A stretch of 57,484 nt of DNA from Candidatus Cybelea sp. (GTDB taxonomy: Bacteria > Vulcanimicrobiota > Vulcanimicrobiia > Vulcanimicrobiales > Vulcanimicrobiaceae): NCBI GenBank assembly GCA_036522095.1, contig DATDGN010000082.1, positions 1 to 57,484 on the forward strand, read 5' to 3'. Positions 19,329 to 29,615 of this stretch are shown here, one piece after another. The notes below the pieces were generated by a model, which worked only from the letters and a program-made list of their open reading frames with translations, was not told where the DNA came from and made no database searches. Every line of letters starts with the position of its first letter. The first letter of the stretch is position 1. The translations under genes and the position numbers were made by a program.

Positions 19329-20782
19329 GCGCCGAGTACGAGGCGGTGATCGGCATCGAGTGCCACGTCGAGCTGAAGACCGATACCAAGATGTTCTGCG
19401 GCTGCCGCAACGAGTTCGGCGGCGAGCCGAACACGAAGACCTGCCCGGTCTGCCTCGGCATGCCCGGCGCGCTACCCGTGCCCAACGCCAAGGCGATCGA
19501 ACTGATGCTGAAGACGGGCGCCGCGTTCGGCGCGGAGATCCCCGCCTTTTCGAAGTTCGACCGGAAGAATTACTTCTATCCGGACATGCCCAAGAACTAT
19601 CAGATCTCGCAGTACGACATGCCGCTGACGGTGGGCGGCGCGGTCAAGTATTGGATGGAGGACGGCACGATGCGGGAGTGCCGCCTCACGCGCATCCACC
19701 TGGAAGAAGATACCGGCAAGTCGACGCACGCCGGCTCCAGCGACGGACGCATCGCCGGCAGCGCGTACTCGCTCGTCGATTTCAATCGCGCGGGCGTGCC
19801 GCTGATGGAATGCGTTTCGGAGCCGGAGCTGCACGACGCGGCGGAGGCGATCGCGTATCTCGAGGCGCTGCGGCGGACGCTGCTGGCGCTGGGCGTCAGC
19901 GACGTCAAGATGGAGGAAGGCTCGCTGCGCTGCGACGCCAATGTCTCGGTCCGTCCGTCCGGCTCGACCGCCCTGGGGACGAAGACGGAGATCAAGAACA
20001 TGAACTCGTTCCGTTCCGTCGAGCGTGCGATCGCGAGCGAGATCGACCGGCAGGTGGCGTTGCTGCGCGCCGGCGAGCGCGTCGTGCAAGAGACGCGCGG
20101 CTGGGACGAGATCAACGGCGTCACGCACTCGATGCGCAGCAAGGAAGAGGCGCACGACTACCGCTACTTCCCGGATCCCGATCTCGTGCCGCTGGAGATC
20201 GCTCGCGACGTCGAGCGCATCCAAGAAAGCCTGACCATGCTGCCGTGGCAGCGCTTCGAGCGCTACACGAAGTCGTACGGCATGGACGCGAAGCCGGCGA
20301 ACCAGCTGATCGACAACGTCGCGCTGGCGGACTACTTCGACCAAGTCGTGGAACGCAGCCGCAGCCCGCACCAGTCGAGCAACTTCGTGCTCGGCGATCT
20401 GTCACGGCTCGCCAACGAGACCGGCGTGGCCGTGGCCGAGTCGCGCGTCGCGCCGGAGCATCTGGCTGAGCTGATTGAGCTCGTCGAGAGCAAGCGCATC
20501 AACTCGAAGATCGCCAAGGAGCTCATCGCGCGGATGTGGGAGGGCGCCGGCTCGCCCGCGGAGATCGTCGAGCGCGAGGGCCTCGCGCAGACGACCGATC
20601 GCGCGGCGATCGAACGCTTCGTGGACGACGTGCTCGCGGCGAACCCGAGCGTCGTCGCCGACTATCGGGCCGGAAAGACCAACGTCGCGGGCTTCCTCGT
20701 AGGTCGGGTGATGAAGGCCTCGCGTGGCAAGGCCGATCCCGCGCTCGTCAACGAGTTGGTGAGCGCTAAGCTCCGGCCGTAA
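19325..20782 (+). CDS. gatB: Asp/Glu-tRNA amidotransferase subunit B
   Basis: The GTG at 19325 overlaps the gatA stop (GTGA). YEAVIGIECHVELKTDTKMFCGC is the canonical GatB N-terminus. The earlier part of ORF 18791..20782 lies inside gatA. Confidence 0.92.
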   Translation: MSAEYEAVIGIECHVELKTDTKMFCGCRNEFGGEPNTKTCPVCLGMPGALPVPNAKAIELMLKTGAAFGAEIPAFSKFDRKNYFYPDMPKNYQISQYDMPLTVGGAVKYWMEDGTMRECRLTRIHLEEDTGKSTHAGSSDGRIAGSAYSLVDFNRAGVPLMECVSEPELHDAAEAIAYLEALRRTLLALGVSDVKMEEGSLRCDANVSVRPSGSTALGTKTEIKNMNSFRSVERAIASEIDRQVALLRAGERVVQETRGWDEINGVTHSMRSKEEAHDYRYFPDPDLVPLEIARDVERIQESLTMLPWQRFERYTKSYGMDAKPANQLIDNVALADYFDQVVERSRSPHQSSNFVLGDLSRLANETGVAVAESRVAPEHLAELIELVESKRINSKIAKELIARMWEGAGSPAEIVEREGLAQTTDRAAIERFVDDVLAANPSVVADYRAGKTNVAGFLVGRVMKASRGKADPALVNELVSAKLRP

Positions 20783-20797
20783 AGCCCGCATAGGACG

Positions 20798-23143
20798 ATG
20801 AGCCTCGCCGACGCGCGGACCCTCGAGGCGATCGATTTCGCCGGAGTGCGCGAGCGCGTCGTGGGCTTGACGCACACCGAGCGCGGCAAAGTCCTCGCGA
20901 CGCAGCTCTCACCGCTGACGGATTTCGCCGAGGTCCGCCGCGAGCAGCTGCGCACGGAGACGCTGCGGTCGCTCGTGGCCGGCGGTACCGTACACGTGAT
21001 GCGCGCCGTCGACACGGCGCCGCTGACGGCCGCCGCGCAGGTCGGCCGCAGTCTTAGCGGGAGCGATCTGCGCGCGATCGGCGACGCCGTAGCCGCGGCG
21101 GCCTCAGCGCAGCGCGCCGTACGAGAGCATCCCGAGCTCGCCGGCGTCGTCGCGGCGTACACGCCGCTGCAGGAGCTGCAGCGCTCCATCGTCGACGCGC
21201 TCGACGAGCGCGGCGTCGTGCTCGACCGCGCGTCGCACGCGCTCGGGCGCATCCGTCGCAGCCTGGCCCAGGCGCAGGCCGGCGCGCGCGACCGCATGAG
21301 CTCCATCCTCAATTCAGCGAAACACGAGAAGGCGATCCAGGACCGCATCGTCACGGTGCGAGACGGGCGCTTCGTGATTCCGATCAAGGCCGAGTTCGCC
21401 GGCAGCCTGCCGGGGATCGTCCACGACACGAGCGCGAGCGGGCAGACGCTCTTCATCGAGCCGCTGGCAGCGCTCGAGACGAACAATCGCGTGCGCACGC
21501 TGCAGATCGACGAAGAGCGCGAGGTGCGGCGCATTTTGGAGGCGCTCTCCGCGGAGGTCGGGCGCAACGCAGCCGCGATCGAGACCAACGTCGAGATGCT
21601 CGCGGTCATCGATCTCTTGGCGGCGAAGGCCGAGCTCGCGCAACGCACGGACGCGGTCGCACCCGAGCTGACCGACGACGCCGTGCTCGCGATCGAGCGC
21701 GGGCGCCATCCGCTGCTCGGCGAGCGCGCGGTTCCGCAGTCGCTCGCCGTCGACGACGCGACGCGCCTGCTCGTGATCAGCGGGCCCAACATGGGCGGAA
21801 AGACCGTCGCGCTAAAGATGGCAGGCCTCTTCGTCGTTATGGCCTACTGCGGCATGCAGCTCCCCGCGGCGAACGGCACGCGGATCGGCCGCTTCGAGCG
21901 GCTCATCGTCGACATCGGCGACGAGCAGTCGCTGGTGGCCAACGCGTCGACGTTCTCGGCGCACCTCCAACGGATACGCGAGATCCTCGATGGGGCCGGC
22001 CCGCGGACGCTGGCGATCATCGACGAGATCGGCGGCGGCACCGAACCCAGCGCCGGCGCCGCGCTCGCTCGCGCCATGCTGGAGCGCCTGCTCGAGTGCG
22101 GCGCACGGGCGCTCGTCTCGACGCACTCGATGGAACTCAAGCTGTTCGCGCACTCCACGCCGGGGGTCGCGAATGCGAGCGTGCGCTTCGATCCGCAGAC
22201 ATTTGCGCCGACGTTCGAGCTGGACGTCGGAACGCCGGGTCAGTCGCTGGCGTTTCCGCTCGCCGCGCGCCTGGGGATCGATCCGCAGATCGTGGAGCGC
22301 GCAGCCGCGCTGCTCGAACGCCGCGAACGCGACTATGAGGCCGCGCTGGCCGAGCTCGCCGTGCGCAGCGCCGAGCTGCGCGAGGCGCGCGCCGGCCTGG
22401 AGGCCGAACGCAGGGAGGCGTCGGGCGAGCTCGAGCGCGTGCGCGGCGAACGCACGGAGCTAGAGACGCAGCGGCGCCGTTTCGCCGCGCGGGCGGAGGA
22501 TCGGCTACAGCAGAGCCTGCGCGACTTCGTTCGGGAGCTGCAGCGGCGTGCGGCGGAGTCCGGCAGCGACTCCGAGCGCAAGCGCAAGGGCAAGGTGAGC
22601 TCGTCGCAGGCCGCGCTGCTCGCTCAGACGATCGAAGCGATACGCCGCGACCTCGGGATCGTCGCGGACGAGCACAAAGGCTCGGACGATCGTACCTTTG
22701 AACCGGGCGACCGCGTGCGCATTCTCTCGCTCAATCAAGAGGGCTTCGTCGCGGAGGATTACGACGAAAGGTTGCTCGTTTCGGTCGGTTCAATGAAGAT
22801 GCTAGTGGAGAAGAGCGACGTTCGGCGCGAGGCCTCGGCCGTAGCGGCCGCCCGGGGCGCCGGCGCCGCGAGCGCGCGCCTGAGCGCCGCGGCGCGCGCC
22901 TCAGAAGCGCTGGACGTGCGCGGCAAGCGCTACGCCGAGGCGGAGCCGCTGGTCGAGCGCTGGATCGACGACGCGCTGCTCGCCGGCAACTCGCCGCTGC
23001 GCCTGATCCACGGCAAGGGAACCGGGATGCTCGGGCGCGGCCTGCAGGAATATCTGCGCACGCACCCCGGAGTGAAGAGCCTGCGGTACGGCAACGAAGA
23101 GGAAGGCTCGACCGGCGTTACGATGATCGAGCTGCGCACGTGA
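20798..23143 (+). CDS. mutS2: endonuclease MutS2 (MutS domain V plus C-terminal Smr)
   Basis: It has the Walker A motif GPNMGGKT and DEIGGGTEP, plus a C-terminal Smr domain (LDVRGKRYAEA...LIHGKGTGMLG). Confidence 0.92.
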   Translation: MSLADARTLEAIDFAGVRERVVGLTHTERGKVLATQLSPLTDFAEVRREQLRTETLRSLVAGGTVHVMRAVDTAPLTAAAQVGRSLSGSDLRAIGDAVAAAASAQRAVREHPELAGVVAAYTPLQELQRSIVDALDERGVVLDRASHALGRIRRSLAQAQAGARDRMSSILNSAKHEKAIQDRIVTVRDGRFVIPIKAEFAGSLPGIVHDTSASGQTLFIEPLAALETNNRVRTLQIDEEREVRRILEALSAEVGRNAAAIETNVEMLAVIDLLAAKAELAQRTDAVAPELTDDAVLAIERGRHPLLGERAVPQSLAVDDATRLLVISGPNMGGKTVALKMAGLFVVMAYCGMQLPAANGTRIGRFERLIVDIGDEQSLVANASTFSAHLQRIREILDGAGPRTLAIIDEIGGGTEPSAGAALARAMLERLLECGARALVSTHSMELKLFAHSTPGVANASVRFDPQTFAPTFELDVGTPGQSLAFPLAARLGIDPQIVERAAALLERRERDYEAALAELAVRSAELREARAGLEAERREASGELERVRGERTELETQRRRFAARAEDRLQQSLRDFVRELQRRAAESGSDSERKRKGKVSSSQAALLAQTIEAIRRDLGIVADEHKGSDDRTFEPGDRVRILSLNQEGFVAEDYDERLLVSVGSMKMLVEKSDVRREASAVAAARGAGAASARLSAAARASEALDVRGKRYAEAEPLVERWIDDALLAGNSPLRLIHGKGTGMLGRGLQEYLRTHPGVKSLRYGNEEEGSTGVTMIELRT

Positions 23144-24330
23144 GCGACGCGGCCGAGGCGCTGCTGGACGGTTTCGAGCATGTCGAAACGAGCGCGGAGT
23201 TCCGCGAGCGCTTGGCGACGGGCAGGCCGCTGCGCGTCAAGCTCGGCATCGATCCGACCAGCTCCGATCTGCATCTCGGATTCATGGTCGTGCTGCATCA
23301 GCTCGCGCTGTTCGCGGAGGCCGGACACCGGGTCACGCTGATCATCGGCGACTTCACGGCACGCATCGGCGATCCCAGCGGCCGGAACGCGACCCGTCCG
23401 CAGCTCACGCGCGACGAAATCGAGGCGAACATGCAGACCTACCGCGAGCAGGCGGGCAAGGTGCTGGACCTCGAGCGCATCGAGCTGCGCTACAATTCGG
23501 AGTGGCTCGATGAGCTGTCGCCGTCGGATTTCGTGAAGCTCCTCGCCAAGACGACCGTGGCGCAGATGCTCGAGCGCAACGACTTTCGCGAGCGCTACGA
23601 CGCCGGCGCCGCGATATCGCTGCACGAGCTGCTCTACCCGGTCGCGCAGGCGTACGACTCGGTCGCGATCGAGGCCGATGTGGAGCTGGGCGGCACGGAC
23701 CAGCTCTTCAACCTGCTGCTCGGGCGCCAGTACCAGCGCGAGTTCGGGCAGCTTCCGCAGATCTGCGCGACGGTGCCGCTGCTCGTCGGCCTGGACGGCG
23801 AGAAGAAGATGAGCAAGTCGCTCGGAAATTACGTCGGCGTCGCGGAGCCGGCCGCGGAGCAGTTCGGCAAGCTGATGAAGATTTCGGACGAGCTCATGCC
23901 GATCTACGCGCGGCTAGCGGCGTTTCGCTCGAAGTTCGACAGCGCGAAGCTCGCGACGGACCTGGCCGCCGGGCGCGCGAATCCGATGGATGAGAAGAAG
24001 CGCCTCGCCGAGGAGATCGTGACGCGCTACCACGGAGCGGAAGCCGCCGCTGGCGCGCGCGAGTTCTTCGAGCGGACCGTGCAGCGCAAGGAGATCCCGA
24101 CCGAGTCGCTGCCGGAGGTCGATCAGGGCGATTGCAAGCGCGTCGCCGAGGTCGTCGTGAAGGCGGGCTTCGCGGAGAGCCGCCGCGCGGCGGAGCGGCT
24201 GATCTCCGGCAACGCCGTGAAGATCGACGGACAACCGGTGAGCGATCCGAATGCGCCGTGGCCGGCCGTCGCTCCGGCGGTGCTGTCGGTGGGCTCGCGC
24301 CGGTTCGCGCGCGTTCTGCCGCGGCGCTAG
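23140..24330 (+). CDS. tyrS: tyrosine--tRNA ligase
   Basis: It has a HIGH-type motif (DLHLGF), KMSKS and a C-terminal S4-like domain. The GTG start overlaps the mutS2 stop (GTGA). Confidence 0.9.
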   Translation: MSDAAEALLDGFEHVETSAEFRERLATGRPLRVKLGIDPTSSDLHLGFMVVLHQLALFAEAGHRVTLIIGDFTARIGDPSGRNATRPQLTRDEIEANMQTYREQAGKVLDLERIELRYNSEWLDELSPSDFVKLLAKTTVAQMLERNDFRERYDAGAAISLHELLYPVAQAYDSVAIEADVELGGTDQLFNLLLGRQYQREFGQLPQICATVPLLVGLDGEKKMSKSLGNYVGVAEPAAEQFGKLMKISDELMPIYARLAAFRSKFDSAKLATDLAAGRANPMDEKKRLAEEIVTRYHGAEAAAGAREFFERTVQRKEIPTESLPEVDQGDCKRVAEVVVKAGFAESRRAAERLISGNAVKIDGQPVSDPNAPWPAVAPAVLSVGSRRFARVLPRR

Positions 24331-25208
24331 ACGCGCGCCAGCAGCTCCTCGACCTCGCGCGTCGTGAAGAAGTAGCGCGCCTTACAGTACTCACACGTCG
24401 CTTCGGTTCCGTCGCGCTCGCGTGACAGGCGCAACAACTCGTCGGCGCCGAGGCCCAAGAGCACCGCTTCGACCTTCGCGCGGTTGCAGCGACAGGCGAA
24501 TCGCACGGCGATCTCGTGTTGTGCGTGCAACTTCCAGTCGCCCGCGAGCTCGTGCAGCAGCGCGCCCGCATCGGCGCCGTGGGAGATCGACTGCGTTACG
24601 GGCGGCATGCGCGCCGCGCGCCGTTCCAGTTCGGCCAGCGCGCGTTCGTCGGTTCCCGGCAGCGCGCGTGCGAGAACGCCGCCGGCGGCGGCGACGCCGC
24701 CCGGATTGGCTAGCACGCCGATCGCGACGACGCTGGGTATCTGCTCCGACTGAGCGAGATACACCGCGAGATCCTCGGCGATCTCGCCCGAGCGCAGCGG
24801 AACGACGCCGACGTACGGCTGCCCGATCTCGCTCGAGCGCGTAACCTGCAGCGATCCTTTTCCGACCGCCCCCGCGACGTCGAACTTGCCGCGCGCGTCG
24901 ATCGGCAGGTCCACCCGCGCGTTCTGCGCGTATCCGCGCGCGCCCACCGTGCGGTCGTCCAGTAACGACGCGTCGGCCGCGAGCGCCCCGAGCGGGCCGC
25001 TCCCCGCGATCTGCAGCGAGATGCGCTCGTTGCCTTTCAGCTGGGCGCCTAGCAGCGCGGCTCCCGTCGTCAGGCGCCCCACGGCGGCGGTCGCCGTGGG
25101 CGAGAGATCGTGGCGGTCGCGGATTTCGGCGACCAAATCGGTAGTGATCGCGGCGACGAGGGCGATTCCGGCGTCGGGCGCCGACGCGGCGAGGAGCGTA
25201 TCGGGCAT
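24327..25208 (-). CDS. hslO: redox-regulated chaperone Hsp33
   Basis: The C-terminal zinc centre is CRCNRAKV...CEYCKARY. ATG 25208 (MPDTLLAAS) is chosen inside ORF 24327..25295. Confidence 0.85.
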   Translation of the reverse strand: MPDTLLAASAPDAGIALVAAITTDLVAEIRDRHDLSPTATAAVGRLTTGAALLGAQLKGNERISLQIAGSGPLGALAADASLLDDRTVGARGYAQNARVDLPIDARGKFDVAGAVGKGSLQVTRSSEIGQPYVGVVPLRSGEIAEDLAVYLAQSEQIPSVVAIGVLANPGGVAAAGGVLARALPGTDERALAELERRAARMPPVTQSISHGADAGALLHELAGDWKLHAQHEIAVRFACRCNRAKVEAVLLGLGADELLRLSRERDGTEATCEYCKARYFFTTREVEELLARV

Positions 25209-25260
25209 GAGGGGCGTCTGATTCGGAGGCCCGCGCTTTTCCTCCAAAGAAGCGAACGCG

Positions 25261-25695
25261 ATGCGTGTTCTCGTGTTGCATGGACCGAACCTCAACCTGC
25301 TCGGCGAACGCCAGCCGGAGATCTACGGCACGCAGACGCTCGCCGAGCTGAACGCGACGATCGCGGACGACGCGAACAAGCTCGGTCTGGAGGTGCACTG
25401 CGAGCAGTACAACTCGGAAGGCCGGATCATCGACGCGCTGCACACCGCGAGAGGCGCGTACGCCGGCGTCATCATCAATCCGGGCGCCTACGCGCACTAT
25501 TCGTACGCAATCGCGGACGCGATCGCCGCGATCGGCATACCGGTCGTAGAAGTGCACCTCTCGAACATCGGCGCGCGCGAGGCGTTCCGTCGGATCAGCG
25601 TGACGGCGGCCGCCTGCCGCGGGAGCGTCAGCGGCCTGGGAGCGCGCGGCTACGCCTTGGCGCTGCGCGCGCTGTCCGAAATCATTTCCGCGTGA
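25261..25695 (+). CDS. aroQ: type II 3-dehydroquinate dehydratase
   Basis: MRVLVLHGPNLNLLGERQPEIYG, INPGAYAHYSYA and EVHLSNI are AroQ signatures. Confidence 0.92.
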   Translation: MRVLVLHGPNLNLLGERQPEIYGTQTLAELNATIADDANKLGLEVHCEQYNSEGRIIDALHTARGAYAGVIINPGAYAHYSYAIADAIAAIGIPVVEVHLSNIGAREAFRRISVTAAACRGSVSGLGARGYALALRALSEIISA

Positions 25696-25762
25696 GATCG
25701 GCACCCGCGGGAGGAGGGCACATTCGGCCTGCGTATATCCCGGGGGCGGAGGAGATCCGACG

Positions 25763-25972
25763 TTGACCAAAGCCGATGTAATTGACGCCGTCGCCACAGA
25801 GGCAGCTCTGTCGAGGCGTCAGGCTGGTCAGATCGTGGATTTGATCCTCAACCAAATTCAAGGAGCATTGAAAAAGGGCGACCGCGTCGCGCTGAACCCA
25901 TTCGGAAGCTTCGTCGTCCGCGCGCGCCAGGCGCGTGAGGGCCGCAATCCGAAGACCGGTGCGAAGATATAG
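25763..25972 (+). CDS. hup: HU-family DNA-binding protein, truncated by an in-frame TAG (possible pseudogene, sequencing error or readthrough)
   Basis: TTG start with GGAGGAG upstream. The residues up to GRNPKTGAKI are HU-like. The TAG at 25970-25972 sits where HU proteins have a residue, and the same frame continues as IAARNVPAFVAGSSLKDAV. Confidence 0.7.
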   Translation: MTKADVIDAVATEAALSRRQAGQIVDLILNQIQGALKKGDRVALNPFGSFVVRARQAREGRNPKTGAKI

Positions 25973-26070
25973 ATCGCCGCGCGCAACGTGCCGGCCTTCG
26001 TCGCCGGGAGCTCCTTGAAGGACGCGGTCGGCGGCCGCGCATCTCGCGCGAAGAAGCCGACGAGATCTAA

Positions 26071-26145
26071 CGGGCTGTAGCGAAGCTTGGTTATCGCGCT
26101 AGTCTGGGGGACTAGAGATCGCTGGTTCGAATCCAGTCAGCCCGA
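26071..26145 (+). tRNA. tRNA-Pro (anticodon GGG)
   Basis: Manual cloverleaf. Acceptor CGGGCTG/CAGCCCG. D arm GCGA-AGCTTGGTTA-TCGC. Anticodon stem CTAGT/ACTAG with loop CTGGGGG. T arm GCTGG-TTCGAAT-CCAGT. Discriminator A, and CCA is not encoded. Confidence 0.9.
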
Positions 26146-26173
26146 TTTCTCTTCATCTAAAGGCGCTCGTTAA

Positions 26174-26452
26174 ATGAAGATCGGGACGCTCGAGATGAAG
26201 ATCGCGCGGGTCGAAGGCTTCCAGGTCCGCGTTCGCACGGCCGATGGCCGCGACATCCGCTCTGATCGCGAGGGCATGCCTCCGTGGCCGTACGAGATCG
26301 GCGCACGCGACCGTTGGTCAGTGGCGCGCTGGAAGCAGGAGCGCTTCGTGAGTCTCTATCCAGGCTTCGGCGTCGACGTGCTCGACGGCGACGGCGACAT
26401 CATCGAGTTCGGACAGACGCTGCTCGAGACCGTGCGCGACAGCTACGACTAA
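26174..26452 (+). CDS. hypothetical protein (92 aa)
   Basis: The composition looks coding and I recognise no motif. It is the first gene after tRNA-Pro. Confidence 0.45.
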   Translation: MKIGTLEMKIARVEGFQVRVRTADGRDIRSDREGMPPWPYEIGARDRWSVARWKQERFVSLYPGFGVDVLDGDGDIIEFGQTLLETVRDSYD

Positions 26453-26707
26453 CGCGTCGCCGGCAACGTCACTCGAACCCCAGTTTGCGCACCAGCGCGG
26501 CCACGGCGGTATCCAAGTCGCCGATTCCCGTCGCGCCGCCAGCGTTCGTATTAAGGTTCGTAAGCGCTCGTTGAGTGCCGCCGCGCGGCGCATCACGAGA
26601 TTCACCTCGTCCTGAGCCGAAACCATACCAAAGTTAATTTCTTTCGGTGCGCTCCGTTCCTTGCCGGCGAGGTTGCCGTCGCCGGCGTAGCCAAGAAATG
26701 GAAGGCC

Positions 26708-28132
26708 ATGAGCTTACGACCAGCGCCTATCGCCGCGCGCCAAGGCGCGTTTTTATTCGCGCTGGTCGGCCTCGTCGCGGCGCTCGTCGCCTGCGGCGGC
26801 GGCGGCGCAGGCCCAATCCCCGGCCCGCCGCTCGTCCCCGAACAAAACGGCAACGCACGCACGATCCCGATCGAGCACGTCGTCATCGTCATTCAGGAGA
26901 ACCGCAGCTTCGACAACCTGTTCGCGACGTTTCCCCGAGCGGACGGCGCGACCAAGGGAAAGGCGGCGGCGATGCCGCCCGCGATCCGGCACAGTTGCTC
27001 GCCGCCGATCGCGAAGCCGACCAGCGTCCCGCTCAAGAAGGTGCCGCTCGCGGCACGGCTCGACATCGATCACATTTACAGCGGCTACCGCAAAGAGCTC
27101 GACCACGGAAAGATGGACGGCTTCGACTTGATCGGCGCGGGTTCGAACGGCAGCAGTGGGCCCGCCTGCTTGTACGCGTACCAATACGTGAACCCCGCCG
27201 ACGTCGTGCCGTATTGGGACATCGCTCGGCAATACGTGTTGGCGGACCACACGTTCCAGACGCAAGGGAGTTCGAGCTTCACCGCGCATCAGGACTTGAT
27301 TGCCGGCGGCACCGAGATCTCGCCGACGCAGGCGATCATCGACAATCCGACCTATTTCCCCTGGGGCTGCGATGCGAACAAGACCGTCCGCACGTCGGTC
27401 ATCGAGAAGTACAGCGGTAAGGTCTTTGTGGACGGGCCGCGCCCGTGTCTGGACTACTCGACCATGCGCGATCTGCTCGACGCCAAGAGCGTCTCCTGGA
27501 AGTTCTACGCGATGCCCGTTCGCCAAGGCGTCGGAGGCCCGGGAATTTGGAGCGCCTTCGACGCGATCCGCGCGGTGCGCTACGGCGCGGAATGGCACTC
27601 CAATGTCACGCGCAGCAGCAATGAGTTTTTCGCGGACATCGCGCACCTCAAACTCCCCGACGTCGCGTGGATCACGCCCGACGCCGTCAACTCCGACCAC
27701 CCCGCCGAGTCGAGCGACACGGGGCCGTCGTGGGTTGCGTCGATCGTCAACGCTGTCGGCCGCAGCCGCTACTGGAACTCCACCGCGATCGTCGTCGTTT
27801 GGGATGATTGGGGAGGGTTTTACGATCACGTGCTGCCGCCGCAGCCCCGGGGCTGGCAGGGTGGGCCCGGCTTTCGCGTCCCGATGCTGATCGTGTCGGC
27901 GTACGTCAAGCCGCACGTCGACCACACCGTCTATCATTTCGGGGGCATCTTGCACTTCATCGAGAACGTCTGGAACCTGGGGTCGCTCAGCAACGACGAC
28001 ACGTCGACCAGCATCGGCTCGGCGTTCGACTTCCGGATGCCGGCGCGAAAGTTCAAGGTAATCCCGTCGAAGTATTCGCTCGAGTTTTTCCTTCATCAGA
28101 AGCCCTCGGGCCTCGCGCCCGACACCGAATAG
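26708..28132 (+). CDS. phosphoesterase-family (PF04185; phospholipase C / acid phosphatase AcpA-like) lipoprotein, copy 1
   Basis: It has a lipobox (LVACGGGG), then [59 protein letters not shown] and GFRVP. Confidence 0.88.
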   Translation: MSLRPAPIAARQGAFLFALVGLVAALVACGGGGAGPIPGPPLVPEQNGNARTIPIEHVVIVIQENRSFDNLFATFPRADGATKGKAAAMPPAIRHSCSPPIAKPTSVPLKKVPLAARLDIDHIYSGYRKELDHGKMDGFDLIGAGSNGSSGPACLYAYQYVNPADVVPYWDIARQYVLADHTFQTQGSSSFTAHQDLIAGGTEISPTQAIIDNPTYFPWGCDANKTVRTSVIEKYSGKVFVDGPRPCLDYSTMRDLLDAKSVSWKFYAMPVRQGVGGPGIWSAFDAIRAVRYGAEWHSNVTRSSNEFFADIAHLKLPDVAWITPDAVNSDHPAESSDTGPSWVASIVNAVGRSRYWNSTAIVVVWDDWGGFYDHVLPPQPRGWQGGPGFRVPMLIVSAYVKPHVDHTVYHFGGILHFIENVWNLGSLSNDDTSTSIGSAFDFRMPARKFKVIPSKYSLEFFLHQKPSGLAPDTE

Positions 28133-28145
28133 AACGGAGAGCCTC

Positions 28146-29615
28146 ATGCGCAGTCTAGCGCCCGGTCTTTGGATCTGCGGACTCGTCGCCGGAATCGCCC
28201 TAAGCGCCTGCGGCGGTGCTTCTTCGTCGCTCCCAGGCGGCGCACCGCCGCTGCAACAAAAAACGCCCCGCTCCGGTAGCTCGCCGATACAGCACGTCGT
28301 GTTCATCGTGCAGGAGAATCGCAGCTTCGACAACCTGTTCGCGGATTTCCCCGGCGCCGACGGCGCGACGCGCGGCCGCATGAAAGTAAAATACCAGGGC
28401 AAGTATCACGACATCTGGGTTCCGTTGCAGGCGCACGCGCTCGTTAACGGCTTCGACATCCAGCACTGTCACACGGCGTTCCTCACGGACTACGACAACG
28501 GCAAGATGGACGGCTTCGGCCAGGTGAGCCGGGGCGCGTGCGGCACGCACGGCAAGCCGGCCGGCAAAGCGGTCTATCAATACGTCGAGCCGTCGCAGAT
28601 CGCGCCGTACTGGGCGATCGCGAATCAGTGGGGCCTCTCCGATCACATGTTCCAGAATCAGGGCAGCGGCAGTTTCATCGCGCACCAAGACCTGATTCGC
28701 GGCGGCAGCCAGATCGATAGTCAGTACAGCCTCGTAGACAATCCCAACGTCATGCCGTGGGGCTGCGACGCTGGCGGGGGCAACACGTCGCTCATCACGC
28801 AGAAGGGCAAGTATCTACCATACGTGCAGAAAGGCCCGTTCCCGTGCACGAACGCCAAAGGGTTCAACGCTTCATACTACCAAGTGATCAGCGACCTGCT
28901 CGACAGCAAGAGCGTGAGCTGGAAGTACTACTCGCCTTGCTTCAAGGGCTATAATCCGAATAATTGCGACGGCGGCTGCCCGGCCCTGTGCTCGGGCGGA
29001 ATCCTCAACGCGTACGACGTCATCGCATCGGTCCGCTATGGCGCCGAATGGGGCACGAACGTATCGATGCCCGAGACGAACATCTTCACGGACATCACGA
29101 ACAACAATCTCGCCGCGGTCTCGTGGGTGATCCCGTCCGACGCGAACTCGGATCATCCCGGAGAAGGATGCGGCTGCGACACCGGGCCGTCGTGGGTCGC
29201 GAGCATCGTCAACGCGATCGGTCAGACCAACTATTGGCACTCGAGCGTGATCGTCGTGTTGTGGGACGACTGGGGCGGCTTCTACGATCACGTCGCACCC
29301 GACGAGTCGCCGGGCTGGGGAGGCAACGGGTTCCGGATCCCGATGCTGGTCATGTCGCCGTACCTGAAGGTCGGCTCAGGAAGTATGGGCGGTTACGTCT
29401 CCTCCACGCCGTACACGTACGGCAGCCTACTGCGCTACGTCGAGGACAACTGGAACCTCGGGCGCCTCGGCACGTCGGACTCGACCGCGAACAGCATCAG
29501 CGACATGCTCGACTACACGCAGCAGCAGCGCAAGTTCACGAAGATTCCATCGCAGCACTCGATGGAGTACTTCGAACATCACGCGGGGACTCCGCAAAAC
29601 GGTGATCCTGAGTAG
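28146..29615 (+). CDS. phosphoesterase-family lipoprotein, copy 2
   Basis: There is a GGAGAG RBS and a lipobox (LSACGG). Motifs are [53 protein letters not shown] and GFRIP. Confidence 0.88.
   Translation: MRSLAPGLWICGLVAGIALSACGGASSSLPGGAPPLQQKTPRSGSSPIQHVVFIVQENRSFDNLFADFPGADGATRGRMKVKYQGKYHDIWVPLQAHALVNGFDIQHCHTAFLTDYDNGKMDGFGQVSRGACGTHGKPAGKAVYQYVEPSQIAPYWAIANQWGLSDHMFQNQGSGSFIAHQDLIRGGSQIDSQYSLVDNPNVMPWGCDAGGGNTSLITQKGKYLPYVQKGPFPCTNAKGFNASYYQVISDLLDSKSVSWKYYSPCFKGYNPNNCDGGCPALCSGGILNAYDVIASVRYGAEWGTNVSMPETNIFTDITNNNLAAVSWVIPSDANSDHPGEGCGCDTGPSWVASIVNAIGQTNYWHSSVIVVLWDDWGGFYDHVAPDESPGWGGNGFRIPMLVMSPYLKVGSGSMGGYVSSTPYTYGSLLRYVEDNWNLGRLGTSDSTANSISDMLDYTQQQRKFTKIPSQHSMEYFEHHAGTPQNGDPE

Noticed and set aside
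25970-25972. Genome-wide reassignment of TAG as an explanation for the amber codon in the HU gene.
   Set aside because: TAG terminates several well-delimited genes in this window at the expected protein ends (lhr 1284-1286, tyrS 24328-24330, hslO, and phosphoesterase copies 2 and 4). A global recoding is therefore not supported.
26071-26145. tRNA-Pro as the attachment site of an integrative element or prophage.
   Set aside because: I found no integrase, excisionase, phage or conjugation genes anywhere in the downstream 28 kb. I also found no second copy of the tRNA 3' end (only the two genuine tRNA T-arms contain TTCGAATCC). It is kept only as a weaker 'accessory block' observation.
26318-26626. 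Minus-strand 102-aa ORF between the 92-aa hypothetical gene and phosphoesterase copy 1. Its first about 55 codons (26455-26626) are intergenic and look helical.
   Set aside because: It has no stop until it has run 135 nt antisense through the 26174..26452 gene. It has no RBS and no recognisable motif, so I cannot support it as a gene.
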